Below are positions 45,750 to 55,088 of a stretch of 64,000 nucleotides of DNA, piece after piece (the first letter of the stretch is position 1; each line of letters starts with the position of its first letter). The position numbers were made by a program, and so were the translations under genes. This DNA is from an uncultured Enterobacterales bacterium (GTDB lineage: Bacteria > Myxococcota_A > UBA796 > JAFGLY01). The notes beneath the pieces are model-generated. The model worked only from the letters and a program-made list of their open reading frames with translations, made no database searches and was not told where the DNA came from. The DNA lies in the NCBI GenBank assembly GCA_964454135.1, contig CAYVQL010000009.1:3858-67857 (forward strand), given 5' to 3'.

Positions 45750-48700
45750 ATGCTTCCCAACCCCATCGCTCTGGGCCCCGAGGCCATCGATAGCTGGTGC
45801 AGCTGGTTCTCCCAACAGCTCGAAGAGCGCGGCCGAGCGAATGTCTATTACGCCTTCGACAAGGAGTTGCGCCGAAAGGGCATTGACAAGCTGGGATACG
45901 GGACGATCAAAAACTACATCACCCTTCTCAAGAAAGGCAACGAGGAGCGGCTGAACCAGTTCCTGAGCCCTGACTACGCGGGCTACCTGGAGGCCCTCGA
46001 GAAGGCCCTCGGGGAACCGGGTTGCATCAAGAGCTTCCTGGGGACCATCGATCCGGAAGGGCCGAGGTTCCGGCTCCCTCTCCCCGGATTCCCCCTGGAG
46101 CCCTCGGTGCCAGTGGACGCTGCGTGCTTGGAGCCCGCGACCTTGGCCATCGACATCAACGGCAGCCCCCGTGCGCATTGGCGCGATCTGGATCCCCACC
46201 AGCCGCTGCTAATCGTCCGCGGCAACCCGGAGCAGCGAAAACAGATGCTGATCCGGATCCGCGGCTGGCTCGAGGAGTCTGGCCGTCACCCCATCCCTCC
46301 AAGCCGAGCCGGCGCCCTCTCGAGTCGCCACGCCTTGATCATCGAAGAGGGCGGGGCAGACCTGTCGGGCGCCCTCCGAGCGGGGGTGCGCGACGCGCTG
46401 CACAGAGCCGGTGAGCACGAGCGCGCCGTCGTGGTCACCCTGCAGGACGCCTCGGATCTACCGGAGTGGCTGAAACACCCCGATCGGAATCAGCAGGAAG
46501 AACTCATCGACTCCGAGGGCGCACCGCACGCGCCAAGCCCGTTCTCCAACTCTCAGACCATCGAGATCAGCGGGCCAGGAAGGGCACAAGCCAGTCTGTT
46601 GCTGCAAGGCTTCGCCGAACACTTGCCGAGGTCCCGTTGGCGGGCCCTGGTGGGGCGGAGCCGGACCCTGTCCTCAAGGATCGAAGGAGGCCAGATGGAC
46701 AAGCGGCTCAGCGGACTGGAGGACATGGAGCAGCTCGGCGTGCTCCTGCGCTGCTCCCTCGAACCGCCCGAGGCCGCGAAGACCATCAGGCGAGGGGGTA
46801 AGGTCCCTGGCCCCTCGGAGCTGGTTCACGCCGTCGTGCGCCTCGCAGCCGAGCGGCTCCAGGCACAGGGGAACCACAGCGCCGCGCATCTCGTCGTGGA
46901 GTCGGGCGCCGAGTTCATCCACCGGGCTCTTGGGGTCGCCCTGCAGCGCCCTGGGCCCCTGATCCTGGAACACGAGGCACTCGCCGTCTTGGCCCCCGGC
47001 TCCCTGGACGACCTCGAACTCGAAGCCTGGCAGCTGAGGCGCGTCCGGGAGCGCATGAGCTTTCGCGACCAGCCCGAGCCGCGGAGCGTCGCCGAGGCGC
47101 TCGCCCTCGGTGGAGTGCTGGAACCTTCGCCCGAGGGCTGGCGCTTCCGCTTCCTCCCCCTGCTCATCCGCGGCTGGCAGCCCGAGCCCGAGCGCGACCT
47201 CGAAGCCGTGTTCGTCCTCTCCCTGCTCACCGATCCCAGCCGCGAGGCTGTGCTGATGGCCGCGGCCGAGGCAAAGCCCGAGCAGGTGACACGCATCCTC
47301 GCCGCCCTGTCTTCCCGTGAGCTGGTCGCCGCGCTTCCCATGGTGGTGCGCCTGTGCGGTCAGCTGGCTTGGCGCGGTGCGCAATCCGAAAGGGAGCTGC
47401 TCGCCCGCCGTTGCCTCGTGGCGCTGGCGGTGTTCGCTCCAGGCGCCTGGTCCTGCCCCCGGGGATTCCATGGCGTCGAGCTCCTCGCTGCGCACGGCCC
47501 ACACCCAGAGGAGTTCCAGCTCGACGCATGGCAGGATCTCGTCAGCACCCTGCGGTGCGCCTTCGACTCGCTGGAGAGCGATCCGCCCGACCGTGGTGAG
47601 TTGGAGCGCGAGGCTGAGCTGCTCTGCGAGGAGCTGGCCATCCGTCCGGTGGAGCTCACCTCGAACGACTGGGAGATCCTCCTGCAGCTCGCGTTCAGGA
47701 CAGCCCGGGACAGCGCCAGGCCCAGCAGCTGGGCCCACCTGGGGGAGGGCCCGGAGGAAGGATGGGGCCACGGTGACGCGGTCCACGCCAGCACCCTCTG
47801 GCTCTCCCGGAGCTGCCCGGCCGTGGACTCCGCCCTCCGTTTGGCGCTCGGCGCCTCGGACATGGGCCCCGATCGGGACTGGCTGCGCGCGGTGCTCAGC
47901 TGCAGCACCCGCCTGGGTCGCGGTCTGCTGGCATCCGCCTTGGTCTACGAGCCCGATCCCGAGCGGGGCGCGCTGCTCGAGCGGTGGCTGGATGCCGTCA
48001 TCTTGCTCCTCGCCCTCGACCGGGATGCGGCGGAGCAGGTCCTGCGAGAGGCCTTCGCCTACGCCTGCTGGATGAGCAGCGAAGGATACTGCCCGCCGTA
48101 CTCCGAACTCGACGACCGAGGCTCGGCGGAGATCCTCGAGGGGAAGGATGGCGTCCCCTTTCTGAAGGTCGATTCCCTGGTGTTCGACGCCCAGCGTGCC
48201 CTCCAGGCGACCTGTCGAGATCAGGCCGTCGAGGACTGGCGAAATCAGGTTGAGGACTTCGGCCCCATGTTCCAGCCCCGGTCGGCGCGACGGCCCTGGG
48301 CGTCCGCCCAGGGCGACGAGGCAGGCGAACCGGTGTCGACGCTGGGAGCGGCCTGCCTGGACCGGAGATACCGCACAGAGCTCCGAGAGGCGGTCCTGCC
48401 TATGCTCGCCGCAGCCATCATCTCCGCTCGCGGGCCCTGGCACAGCTTCACCAGCCTGCCCCTCCAGTGTCGCAAGCTGCTGTACGCCCGACTGGACCAC
48501 AAGCAAGCTGCCGACGGATTTTCCACGGACGAGCTGCTTCCCGCCCTGCAGGAGGCAGAGCGGCTCTTCCTGCCGCTCCGCCTGATCCGCGCGATCCTCG
48601 TCCGACACCTCCATGCGTATGTGCCACCGATGCCCACCCCGCAGCACCGCAACATGGCAGCATGGGAGGCCTTCCTGCGCAAGACCGGCGGGTGGAGAGA

Positions 48701-49841
48701 CGGTCGGGCGGATCTGCTGGCTTCACTGCTCGAGCTACGACCCTGCAGTGAGGGCGGCGCCGTCCCCGTACCCCACCCCGACGACCTGCCGCTCCTGCTC
48801 CGCTCGGAGGCCGGCCGCAAGCTGATCACCAGGCTCCCGGCCGGGGCGGCACGCGAGGAGATCCTCGCCCTGCTGCCCGAGGTCTACGGCCCCTTCGAGG
48901 GCAGGCGCCGCCGGTACGATCCTCCACGCCGACGCCTCTCGAGCCGTGAACCTCCACCGCTTCCCGAGGATCTGACCAGCTGGCTCATCAAGCTCCTGCT
49001 GGAGTCCGTAGAGGCTGACACCGCCGATGCGCTCACCGATGGTGTCGCCAGGATCGTCACGCTCCGCCTTGGGGCCGTGCCCGAAGTCCGAGCCTACCTT
49101 CGGCACCGGCGCGACGCCCTGCTGGAGGACGAGGCCTCTGTCGTGGAGCTGCTGGGAATGCTGTTGGAGGACGAGCCGAGCGACGAGCTCGCCGACGAGA
49201 TGCTCGGCCTCGTCTCCACCCGGGGGCTCGCCGAGGCCATCGCGCGCGGCTGCCACGCTCCCGCAGCCTGGCGTCACTGCGTGGCCACCCGCCCGGCCGA
49301 TCTGTTCGAGGCCCTGCAAGAGGCGGAGGCCAGGCGCGCCGAGAGCGACTCCAAATGGAAACCGCTCATGGGTTCAGCAGCCCCGAGGCCCCCCACCCAG
49401 CCAAGGCCCACCAGGACGGTCAGGTGGAGAGGGCAGGCGAGGGAGGAGCTTCCTGCTCCAGCCGTCTCGATCTTCGAGGCCTTCCTGGGGGACGACGAGT
49501 TCCCGCGCGCCAGCATCTTGATCCAGGGTGACGCTCCCCACGTCGCTTTCTTCCGCGACTGGCTCCTCCTCGGTCGCGAGGACCTCCACGATCAGCTCCT
49601 GGAGTGGCTCGCCACCGGCCACGTCGCTCCAAACGCCGACTGGGCGCAGAGCTTCGCGCGCTGGGGCCCGAGGACCCTCATCGCCCAGCTGGCCGAGCGA
49701 AATCCCTCATGGGGAGCGGACACGCCCCGCTTCTGGTGGGAGCTGGCCTTGGCCTGTGAGCCCGGCGCAAAGCGCGATGGCGCCTGGAGCGCCTACCTGC
49801 GGGCGACCGTGGAGCCCCTGCCGGGCGCACATGGAAGCTAG
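45750..49841 (+). CDS. Very large (1363-aa) hypothetical protein with a possible N-terminal HTH, a degenerate P-loop NTPase-like segment and a long alpha-helical region
   Basis: ATG 45750 has GAGAGG upstream. LLIVRGNPEQRKQMLIRI sits where a Walker A (GxxGxGK[ST]) would be, and HALIIEEGG is Walker-B-like. The remainder is Leu/Ala/Arg/Glu-rich and helical. I found no canonical catalytic motif. Confidence 0.7.
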   Translation: MLPNPIALGPEAIDSWCSWFSQQLEERGRANVYYAFDKELRRKGIDKLGYGTIKNYITLLKKGNEERLNQFLSPDYAGYLEALEKALGEPGCIKSFLGTIDPEGPRFRLPLPGFPLEPSVPVDAACLEPATLAIDINGSPRAHWRDLDPHQPLLIVRGNPEQRKQMLIRIRGWLEESGRHPIPPSRAGALSSRHALIIEEGGADLSGALRAGVRDALHRAGEHERAVVVTLQDASDLPEWLKHPDRNQQEELIDSEGAPHAPSPFSNSQTIEISGPGRAQASLLLQGFAEHLPRSRWRALVGRSRTLSSRIEGGQMDKRLSGLEDMEQLGVLLRCSLEPPEAAKTIRRGGKVPGPSELVHAVVRLAAERLQAQGNHSAAHLVVESGAEFIHRALGVALQRPGPLILEHEALAVLAPGSLDDLELEAWQLRRVRERMSFRDQPEPRSVAEALALGGVLEPSPEGWRFRFLPLLIRGWQPEPERDLEAVFVLSLLTDPSREAVLMAAAEAKPEQVTRILAALSSRELVAALPMVVRLCGQLAWRGAQSERELLARRCLVALAVFAPGAWSCPRGFHGVELLAAHGPHPEEFQLDAWQDLVSTLRCAFDSLESDPPDRGELEREAELLCEELAIRPVELTSNDWEILLQLAFRTARDSARPSSWAHLGEGPEEGWGHGDAVHASTLWLSRSCPAVDSALRLALGASDMGPDRDWLRAVLSCSTRLGRGLLASALVYEPDPERGALLERWLDAVILLLALDRDAAEQVLREAFAYACWMSSEGYCPPYSELDDRGSAEILEGKDGVPFLKVDSLVFDAQRALQATCRDQAVEDWRNQVEDFGPMFQPRSARRPWASAQGDEAGEPVSTLGAACLDRRYRTELREAVLPMLAAAIISARGPWHSFTSLPLQCRKLLYARLDHKQAADGFSTDELLPALQEAERLFLPLRLIRAILVRHLHAYVPPMPTPQHRNMAAWEAFLRKTGGWRDGRADLLASLLELRPCSEGGAVPVPHPDDLPLLLRSEAGRKLITRLPAGAAREEILALLPEVYGPFEGRRRRYDPPRRRLSSREPPPLPEDLTSWLIKLLLESVEADTADALTDGVARIVTLRLGAVPEVRAYLRHRRDALLEDEASVVELLGMLLEDEPSDELADEMLGLVSTRGLAEAIARGCHAPAAWRHCVATRPADLFEALQEAEARRAESDSKWKPLMGSAAPRPPTQPRPTRTVRWRGQAREELPAPAVSIFEAFLGDDEFPRASILIQGDAPHVAFFRDWLLLGREDLHDQLLEWLATGHVAPNADWAQSFARWGPRTLIAQLAERNPSWGADTPRFWWELALACEPGAKRDGAWSAYLRATVEPLPGAHGS

Positions 49842-51451
49842 TCCCCCAGCTCCTCCCCCAAAATCGTCATCCCCGCCAGCATGCCCGACGACAGCACCGC
49901 CGACTGGCCGCCCCCAGGGAAGGTCCAGGCGCCCGACAGCAGCAGGTTCTCGATAGGGGTCTGCTGGGGCAGTCGATTGCCCATGCTCTGCTCGGGGGTG
50001 TTGTCCCAGCCGAAGATGGTGCCCATGGGGTTGAGGGTGAAGCCCTCCATGGTCAGGGGTGAGCCCACCTCAACCACCTCCACGTGGTCGGTCAAGCCGG
50101 GCAGGATATCCGCCTCGGCCCGCGCCACCAACGCCAGGCCAACCTCTTCCTTCAGAGCGTCGTAGGTGGCGTGGCTCTCGGACCAGTGCCACTGCTCCTG
50201 CCAGTCGTAGGCCATGATCGAGGTGAGGCAGATGGTGTTCTTGCCAGCGGGCGCAGCTTGCGGGTCCAGCATGGTGTAGTTGGCGATGGCGTAGGGCGCA
50301 TTGGCGATGTCCGAGTCCGTGTACCACTGGAAGTTCTCCTGCTGCGAGTAGCTCTGGGAGAACATCACCTCGTGGCAGTCGCCGAACAGGGCGCTGTAGT
50401 CGTGGTCCACGCCCAGGCAGACCTGAAAAGCCGACAGGCCCACCAGCAGCGACTCGTCGTTGCCCTGTTCCAGCTTGGCCGCGTAGAAGGGAGAGTCCGC
50501 ATCGTCGGGCATGTGCTCGGCCCCCACCATGTCCAGCAGCGTGGCCGGGGCGTTGGCGTTGGACACCACCCAGCGGGCGTCGAAGCAGGCGCCATCGGCG
50601 GTGCGCACGGTGCTGGCCCGGCCGTCCTGCACGTCGATGGCCGTGACCAGGCTGTCCAGCCTGATCTGGCCGCCGTGTTCCTCCATCACCTGGGCCAGGG
50701 CGTCGCTGACCGCCTGGGAACCACCCTCGAAGTAGTAGTACCCGCCGATGTGGTAGTTGTTCCACATCACCATGAAGAAGAGCGCGGCCACCTCGTCCGG
50801 CGATGCCCCGGCGAAGCCGGCCAGCTGGGTCCAGATCGTGACCAGCTTCTGATCCGAGATGTGCTCGGCCAAAAACTCGGACAGGGTGGTGCTCTCCATG
50901 TACTGCTGCACCAGCATCAGCTCGTCGTACAGGTCGCGGGTGGCGATCTCGTTCAGGAAGTCCTGGGCGTCCTCGCCCTCGATGTCCCTGCCCGAGTACT
51001 GGTAGTCCAGGATCACCCGCATCACCTCGTCCACCGCCAGCATGGTGTCGAAGAGCGAGTCGATGCCCTCGGCCTCGTGGGGAAAGACCTCCTGCAGCAG
51101 GGCGCGGTACTCCTCCACGTCGGCCGGCACCGAGAACTGGTGCTCGGCCTCGGGGTAGGCCACGGTGTACATGGGATCGGCCCGCACCGGCTCCACCAGG
51201 CCCCAGATGCCCAGCTCCTGGAAGGCCGCCACGTTCATGCCCCTGGTCCAGTCCGGGTCGGATTTCATGGGCTCCGGATCCAGGGCATCCATGGCGTGCA
51301 GGGACACCTCGAAGCGGTAGTCGCCACGGGTGAAGTTGGTCATATAGCCGCCCACCTTGTGATGCCTCTCCAGCAGCAGCACGTCCATGCCGTAGCGAGA
51401 CAGCATGGCCGCCGCGGACAGCCCGCCGCCGCCCGCGCCGATCACCACCAC
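49838..51451 (-). CDS. FAD-dependent oxidoreductase (phytoene desaturase/CrtI-like family)
   Basis: This is the conservative call from the first in-frame GTG. The dinucleotide fold reads (YD)VVVIGAGGGGLSAAAMLSRYGMDVLLLERHHKVGGY. The reading frame stays open upstream to 51649 (see finding). Its stop and that of the convergent gene share the palindrome CTAG at 49838..49841. Confidence 0.8.
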   Translation of the reverse strand: MVVIGAGGGGLSAAAMLSRYGMDVLLLERHHKVGGYMTNFTRGDYRFEVSLHAMDALDPEPMKSDPDWTRGMNVAAFQELGIWGLVEPVRADPMYTVAYPEAEHQFSVPADVEEYRALLQEVFPHEAEGIDSLFDTMLAVDEVMRVILDYQYSGRDIEGEDAQDFLNEIATRDLYDELMLVQQYMESTTLSEFLAEHISDQKLVTIWTQLAGFAGASPDEVAALFFMVMWNNYHIGGYYYFEGGSQAVSDALAQVMEEHGGQIRLDSLVTAIDVQDGRASTVRTADGACFDARWVVSNANAPATLLDMVGAEHMPDDADSPFYAAKLEQGNDESLLVGLSAFQVCLGVDHDYSALFGDCHEVMFSQSYSQQENFQWYTDSDIANAPYAIANYTMLDPQAAPAGKNTICLTSIMAYDWQEQWHWSESHATYDALKEEVGLALVARAEADILPGLTDHVEVVEVGSPLTMEGFTLNPMGTIFGWDNTPEQSMGNRLPQQTPIENLLLSGAWTFPGGGQSAVLSSGMLAGMTILGEELGD

Positions 51452-51649
51452 GTCGTAGCTCTCGCTGACGGCGCAGCTGCCGTCGCCTGAGCTCTGGTAG
51501 CCGTGGCAGGCGCGGCAATCCCCTGGGCTGGCGGGCGCGAAGGAGGCGTGGCTGGACTGGTGGCAGGCGGCGCAGCCCTGGTCCGCGTGGGCGGCCGGGC
51601 GCAGGGGCGCGCCGTTGTCGCCGTGGCAGGTGACGCACTGGGCGTTGGC

Positions 51650-51850
51650 CTAGCCCGCCTGGTCGTGCGCGGCCTGATGACAGGCGGCGCAGTCGGCCTG
51701 GGCCCAGCCCGGGTGGGCACCGTCCAGGACGGCGCTGGCCACCTCGGGGGTGGCGGAGCTGACGACATCAGGGACGCTGGCGCTGTCCTCCGTGTCATCC
51801 TTGCAGGCGAAGAGGAGCAGGAGCGAGGGGAGAAGAAGAGGCCGGAGCAT
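51650..51850 (-). CDS. Lipoprotein signal plus the first c-type haem motif, ending at a TAG that is in frame with the downstream oxidoreductase
   Basis: ATG 51850 (MLRPLLLPSLLLLFAC lipobox, AGGA upstream). CAACH lies before the TAG at 51650..51652. Three more CxxCH motifs follow in the same frame. Confidence 0.55.
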   Translation of the reverse strand: MLRPLLLPSLLLLFACKDDTEDSASVPDVVSSATPEVASAVLDGAHPGWAQADCAACHQAAHDQAG

Positions 51851-51957
51851 CACGGGTCATCCTGTTTTTTTTCAGCAATTCCTTCGGGACGGTGGACCAA
51901 TCTATCGCGCGGATGATATCAATGATGACCCTGAAAACCCCGAGCTCGGAGAATCCG

Positions 51958-52551
51958 ATGAAACGCACCCTCTTACTGGCCCTGCTCGCGCTGCCCATCG
52001 TCGCCTGCGACGACGCTGAGGACACGGGCGGCGGCGAAGCCGACACCGACACCGACACCGACACGGATACCGACACCGACACCGACACCGATGCGGACAC
52101 CGATGCGGACACCGATGCGGACACCGACACCGATGCCGACGCGGACAGCGATCCCTCCATGCTGCAGCTCTCGGGGCAGTTCACGCGCTCGGCCGATCCC
52201 AGCAACGGCCTGCCCGCGGCGGGCTGGGCCTGCATCGCCGTGGTGAGCGAGTGTCCCTCCATGAGCAACCTGGGCATCGTGGACAGCTACAACGGCGCGT
52301 CCATCCCCGACGTCGACCTGACCGACGACTCCGCCGCGGTGCCTTTCGCGGCTGAGATCGATCCCGCCGGCCTGAGCGACGGCCAGACCTACGCCCTGTC
52401 GGGCTACCTGGACAGCAACGGGGACTGCTCCGACGAGTACCCCGAGACGGGTGAGCTGATCAGCTTCGAGGACTGCCCCAGCTTCGTCTTCCAGCCTGGA
52501 CAGCCCGTCGATAACGTGGCCTTCGACTTCAACTTCGCGATGCCGTTCTAA
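51958..52551 (+). CDS. Lipoprotein with an acidic D-[TA] linker and an unknown C-terminal domain
   Basis: ATG 51958 (MKRTLLLALLALPIVAC, GGAGAA upstream), followed by [37 protein letters not shown]. Confidence 0.65.
   Translation: MKRTLLLALLALPIVACDDAEDTGGGEADTDTDTDTDTDTDTDTDADTDADTDADTDTDADADSDPSMLQLSGQFTRSADPSNGLPAAGWACIAVVSECPSMSNLGIVDSYNGASIPDVDLTDDSAAVPFAAEIDPAGLSDGQTYALSGYLDSNGDCSDEYPETGELISFEDCPSFVFQPGQPVDNVAFDFNFAMPF
52038..52152 (+). repeat. Coding (GAC-ACC / GAT-GCG)n microsatellite-like repeat
   Basis: The sequence reads gccgacaccgacaccgacaccgacacggataccgacaccgacaccgacaccgatgcggacaccgatgcggacaccgatgcggacaccgacaccgatgccgacgcggac. Confidence 0.85.
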
Positions 52552-52554
52552 GCG

Positions 52555-54030
52555 CTACAGGTAGAATGTCACCCGCATGGTCCAGGCGTCGTTGTCGTTG
52601 TACAGCCCCAAGGGGCCGCCCTGGTAGCGCATCAGGCCGTCCAGGGTGCGCGGCGTGTCCTTCTCGGCGATGAAGACGAAGGCGCCCAGGGCCAGCTCCA
52701 GGCTGTCCCGCGGGCGCCAGGTGATCTCGGGCTTGAACATGCCCTCGTCACGCAGCGGCTCCCAGAGCAGGCCCAGCTCAGGCTTCAGGCGCTCGCGGAA
52801 CAGGTTGAGACGCACGAAGATCGCGGTCAGCACCTCGTCTTCGTCGCGGGCCAGCAGGGGCGCGTTCACCTCGGTCAGGCGCCGCCAGTTGGCCTCCATC
52901 ACCAGCTGCAGCTCGGGGATGCGCATCCAATCCAGGCCCAGCCCCAGGCCCAGTTCGGGTGAAGTGGCGCCCGCGAAGCGTGTGGTCAGCACGCCGCGGC
53001 TCGAGAAACCCACGGCCTCGGCTCGCAAGCCCAGGTTTCGCACCGTAGTGGCGGCGTCCAGGCCCACCATCCAGGTGCGGGGGTAGTCCATGGTCAGGAA
53101 GGGATCCCCCGAGTTCAGGAAGGCGCCCATCTCCTCCGTGCTGGGCCATTCCTGGGTGGCCGACCACTTCACCACCTCGGACGCCAGCTCGATATTGGGC
53201 TGGTCCTCGCGGATGTAGGCCACCATCAGCGATCCGTCGGCGCGCGGCGCCTCCCAGGCCATGCGTCCAGCGGTCTCCAAGCCCTCGCCGAAGCGCCAGG
53301 TCTCGCCCGTGGCCGCCATGGCCTGGTCGATGGCCCACCAGGTGGAGGGATCGGCGTCGTCCAGGCGCTGCTGGGCCACCGCCATCAGCTGGGCGAAGGC
53401 CGCAGCTGTCATGGGATCCCCGCCCCACGAGGTCGTGCTGCCCAGCACGTCCTGGAAGAGCCCGTTGGGAAACACGCCCCAGTCCGTGCCGATGCTGCGC
53501 ATGCGCGCCGGTACGTGGAAGGGAATCAGGTAGAGCTGGCCGCGGATGGCGGGCGGGCCCACCTCGACGCGCGCCATGGGGATGGCCACGCGGAAGCTGC
53601 CCTCGGGCAGCAGCGGACCGTAGCGCAGATCGCGTGGGTTGAGCACGTCCACCAGGTCGGCGCTCTCCAGCTTGCCCCAGCGCGCCACCTGCTGGCCCAG
53701 CCGAAAGCGGAAGGGGCCAAGGGGCCGATCCACGTAGATCTTGTCGGGCCGAAAACCCCAGTGCACCTCGGTGTCCGGACCGGTGTGCATATTGTGCTCG
53801 CCGGTGAAGCCCAGTACCACGCGGCCGCCGCGCACCGTCCTCCAGCGCGCCTCCATCTGCACGAAGGAGAGGGTCTCCAGGATGTCTTCGTAGTCCGCGG
53901 ACTCGGCCGCCATGTCCAGGGCCATCAGGTTGTGCCAGGCGGCCTTGGTGCGTAGATCGTAGGGGCCGGTGGGCTTGTCGGCCGCTGCGGACGCAGCCGT
54001 CAGCAGCAGGGCCGGGGCCAGGCTCGCCAT
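52555..54030 (-). CDS. Putative outer-membrane beta-barrel protein (possibly DUF1302-like)
   Basis: 491 aa with a short signal-like N-terminus and alternating hydrophobic/aromatic strand-like segments throughout. The C-terminus reads ...DAWTMRVTFYL. The family assignment is uncertain. Confidence 0.5.
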   Translation of the reverse strand: MASLAPALLLTAASAAADKPTGPYDLRTKAAWHNLMALDMAAESADYEDILETLSFVQMEARWRTVRGGRVVLGFTGEHNMHTGPDTEVHWGFRPDKIYVDRPLGPFRFRLGQQVARWGKLESADLVDVLNPRDLRYGPLLPEGSFRVAIPMARVEVGPPAIRGQLYLIPFHVPARMRSIGTDWGVFPNGLFQDVLGSTTSWGGDPMTAAAFAQLMAVAQQRLDDADPSTWWAIDQAMAATGETWRFGEGLETAGRMAWEAPRADGSLMVAYIREDQPNIELASEVVKWSATQEWPSTEEMGAFLNSGDPFLTMDYPRTWMVGLDAATTVRNLGLRAEAVGFSSRGVLTTRFAGATSPELGLGLGLDWMRIPELQLVMEANWRRLTEVNAPLLARDEDEVLTAIFVRLNLFRERLKPELGLLWEPLRDEGMFKPEITWRPRDSLELALGAFVFIAEKDTPRTLDGLMRYQGGPLGLYNDNDAWTMRVTFYL

Positions 54031-54037
54031 GAACGCG

Positions 54038-54877
54038 CTAGCCGTTCTGTTCCAGGTAGGCCGCGGTGAACATGTCGTCGGGCAGGTCTTCGGCCGGCAC
54101 GTTGACCTGCACCTTCTCCACCTCCATGCGGGTGGAGGAGCCGCGCTTGGCGTCCTTCATCACCGAGAGCATGGGCACGGGCACGCCGTCGTGGGTCTCC
54201 ACCTTCTCCACCACCAGCTCGCGGGCCAGCTCGTCCTTCTTGTCGTAGTACTGCACGTGGCGCAGCACGGCGTCGGCCTTGGAGATGCGGGAGACCATGC
54301 GGGTCCAGTCCGAGCCGCCGCCGCTGGTGGTCTCGATGACCCACTCGTCGGCGGTCTCTTCCTTCATGACGTGCACGTCGCCGGCGCCATCGTCCAGCTC
54401 GAAATCCTCGAAGCGGAAGTCGCTGCCCATGAAGGAGCGATTGCGGGCGCTTCCGGCCACCCGGTTGACCCGCTCCATGGCGGGCAGGTAGAGCAGCTGC
54501 TCGTCGGCCTGGCCCGGGTTGTCCACCAGCACCAGCTGCGTGCCTGCCACGTCGGCCGGGCTGTTGAAGCGGGTGTAGGAGTAGGTGATCTCGCCCGTGC
54601 GGCGGATGCGCATCTCCATGTCGCGCACGCGCTCCGAGCCGTTCTTGGCCACCAGCACCATGCGCACGGACTGGATGGCGTTCTCGACGCGATAGCGGCG
54701 CCGGGCCTCCTTCCAGATTTCGGCCGCGTCTTGTCCCTCCGCGGCGGCCGGACGAGCCGACGCCACCAACGCCCCCCCTGCGCCGATGGTAGCCACCAGC
54801 AGGGCACTGAGGAATATGAGAGGGAGGGTACTGCGCAAGGAAACCTCCGGGAGGGGTTCTGAAAGCCAGTCCTCCAT
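54038..54877 (-). CDS. LolA-like outer-membrane lipoprotein-sorting family protein
   Basis: YSYTRFNSPADVAGTQLVLVD...LLYLPAMERVNRVAGSARNRSFMGSDFRFEDF matches the LolA_like signature. An in-frame TTG at 54838, preceded by GGAGG, is a plausible alternative start. Confidence 0.7.
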   Translation of the reverse strand: MEDWLSEPLPEVSLRSTLPLIFLSALLVATIGAGGALVASARPAAAEGQDAAEIWKEARRRYRVENAIQSVRMVLVAKNGSERVRDMEMRIRRTGEITYSYTRFNSPADVAGTQLVLVDNPGQADEQLLYLPAMERVNRVAGSARNRSFMGSDFRFEDFELDDGAGDVHVMKEETADEWVIETTSGGGSDWTRMVSRISKADAVLRHVQYYDKKDELARELVVEKVETHDGVPVPMLSVMKDAKRGSSTRMEVEKVQVNVPAEDLPDDMFTAAYLEQNG

Positions 54878-55088
54878 TCTATGACGACGTCGAGGCCGGG
54901 ATGGAAGCGGGGTCAATTCCGTGAAAGGCCCCCAGCTGGTCCTGGCTGCTCGCTGAGGCCGTCCACTTCGGTAAGCTCGGCGCTTGGGCGCAGGGGCCCG
55001 ATGAGCCTGCACCGCCTGCCGAGGCGGCCGGTGCGCTGGGGCGCGTGGCGCGATCCGCAATCCGATGGGCCCGTGCTACGATGAAGCC

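Noticed and set aside
50070-51638. 522-aa minus-strand ORF in an alternative frame of the oxidoreductase region
   Set aside because: Its translation is Arg/Gly/Pro-rich with no motif. The neighbouring frame carries the GxGxxG FAD fold and the CxxCH motifs.
51650-51652. Reading the in-frame TAG as pyrrolysine or another programmed recoding event
   Set aside because: I see no pyl genes or recoding signal in the window, and the context is not a methylamine methyltransferase. A sequencing error or nonsense mutation is the simpler explanation until tested.
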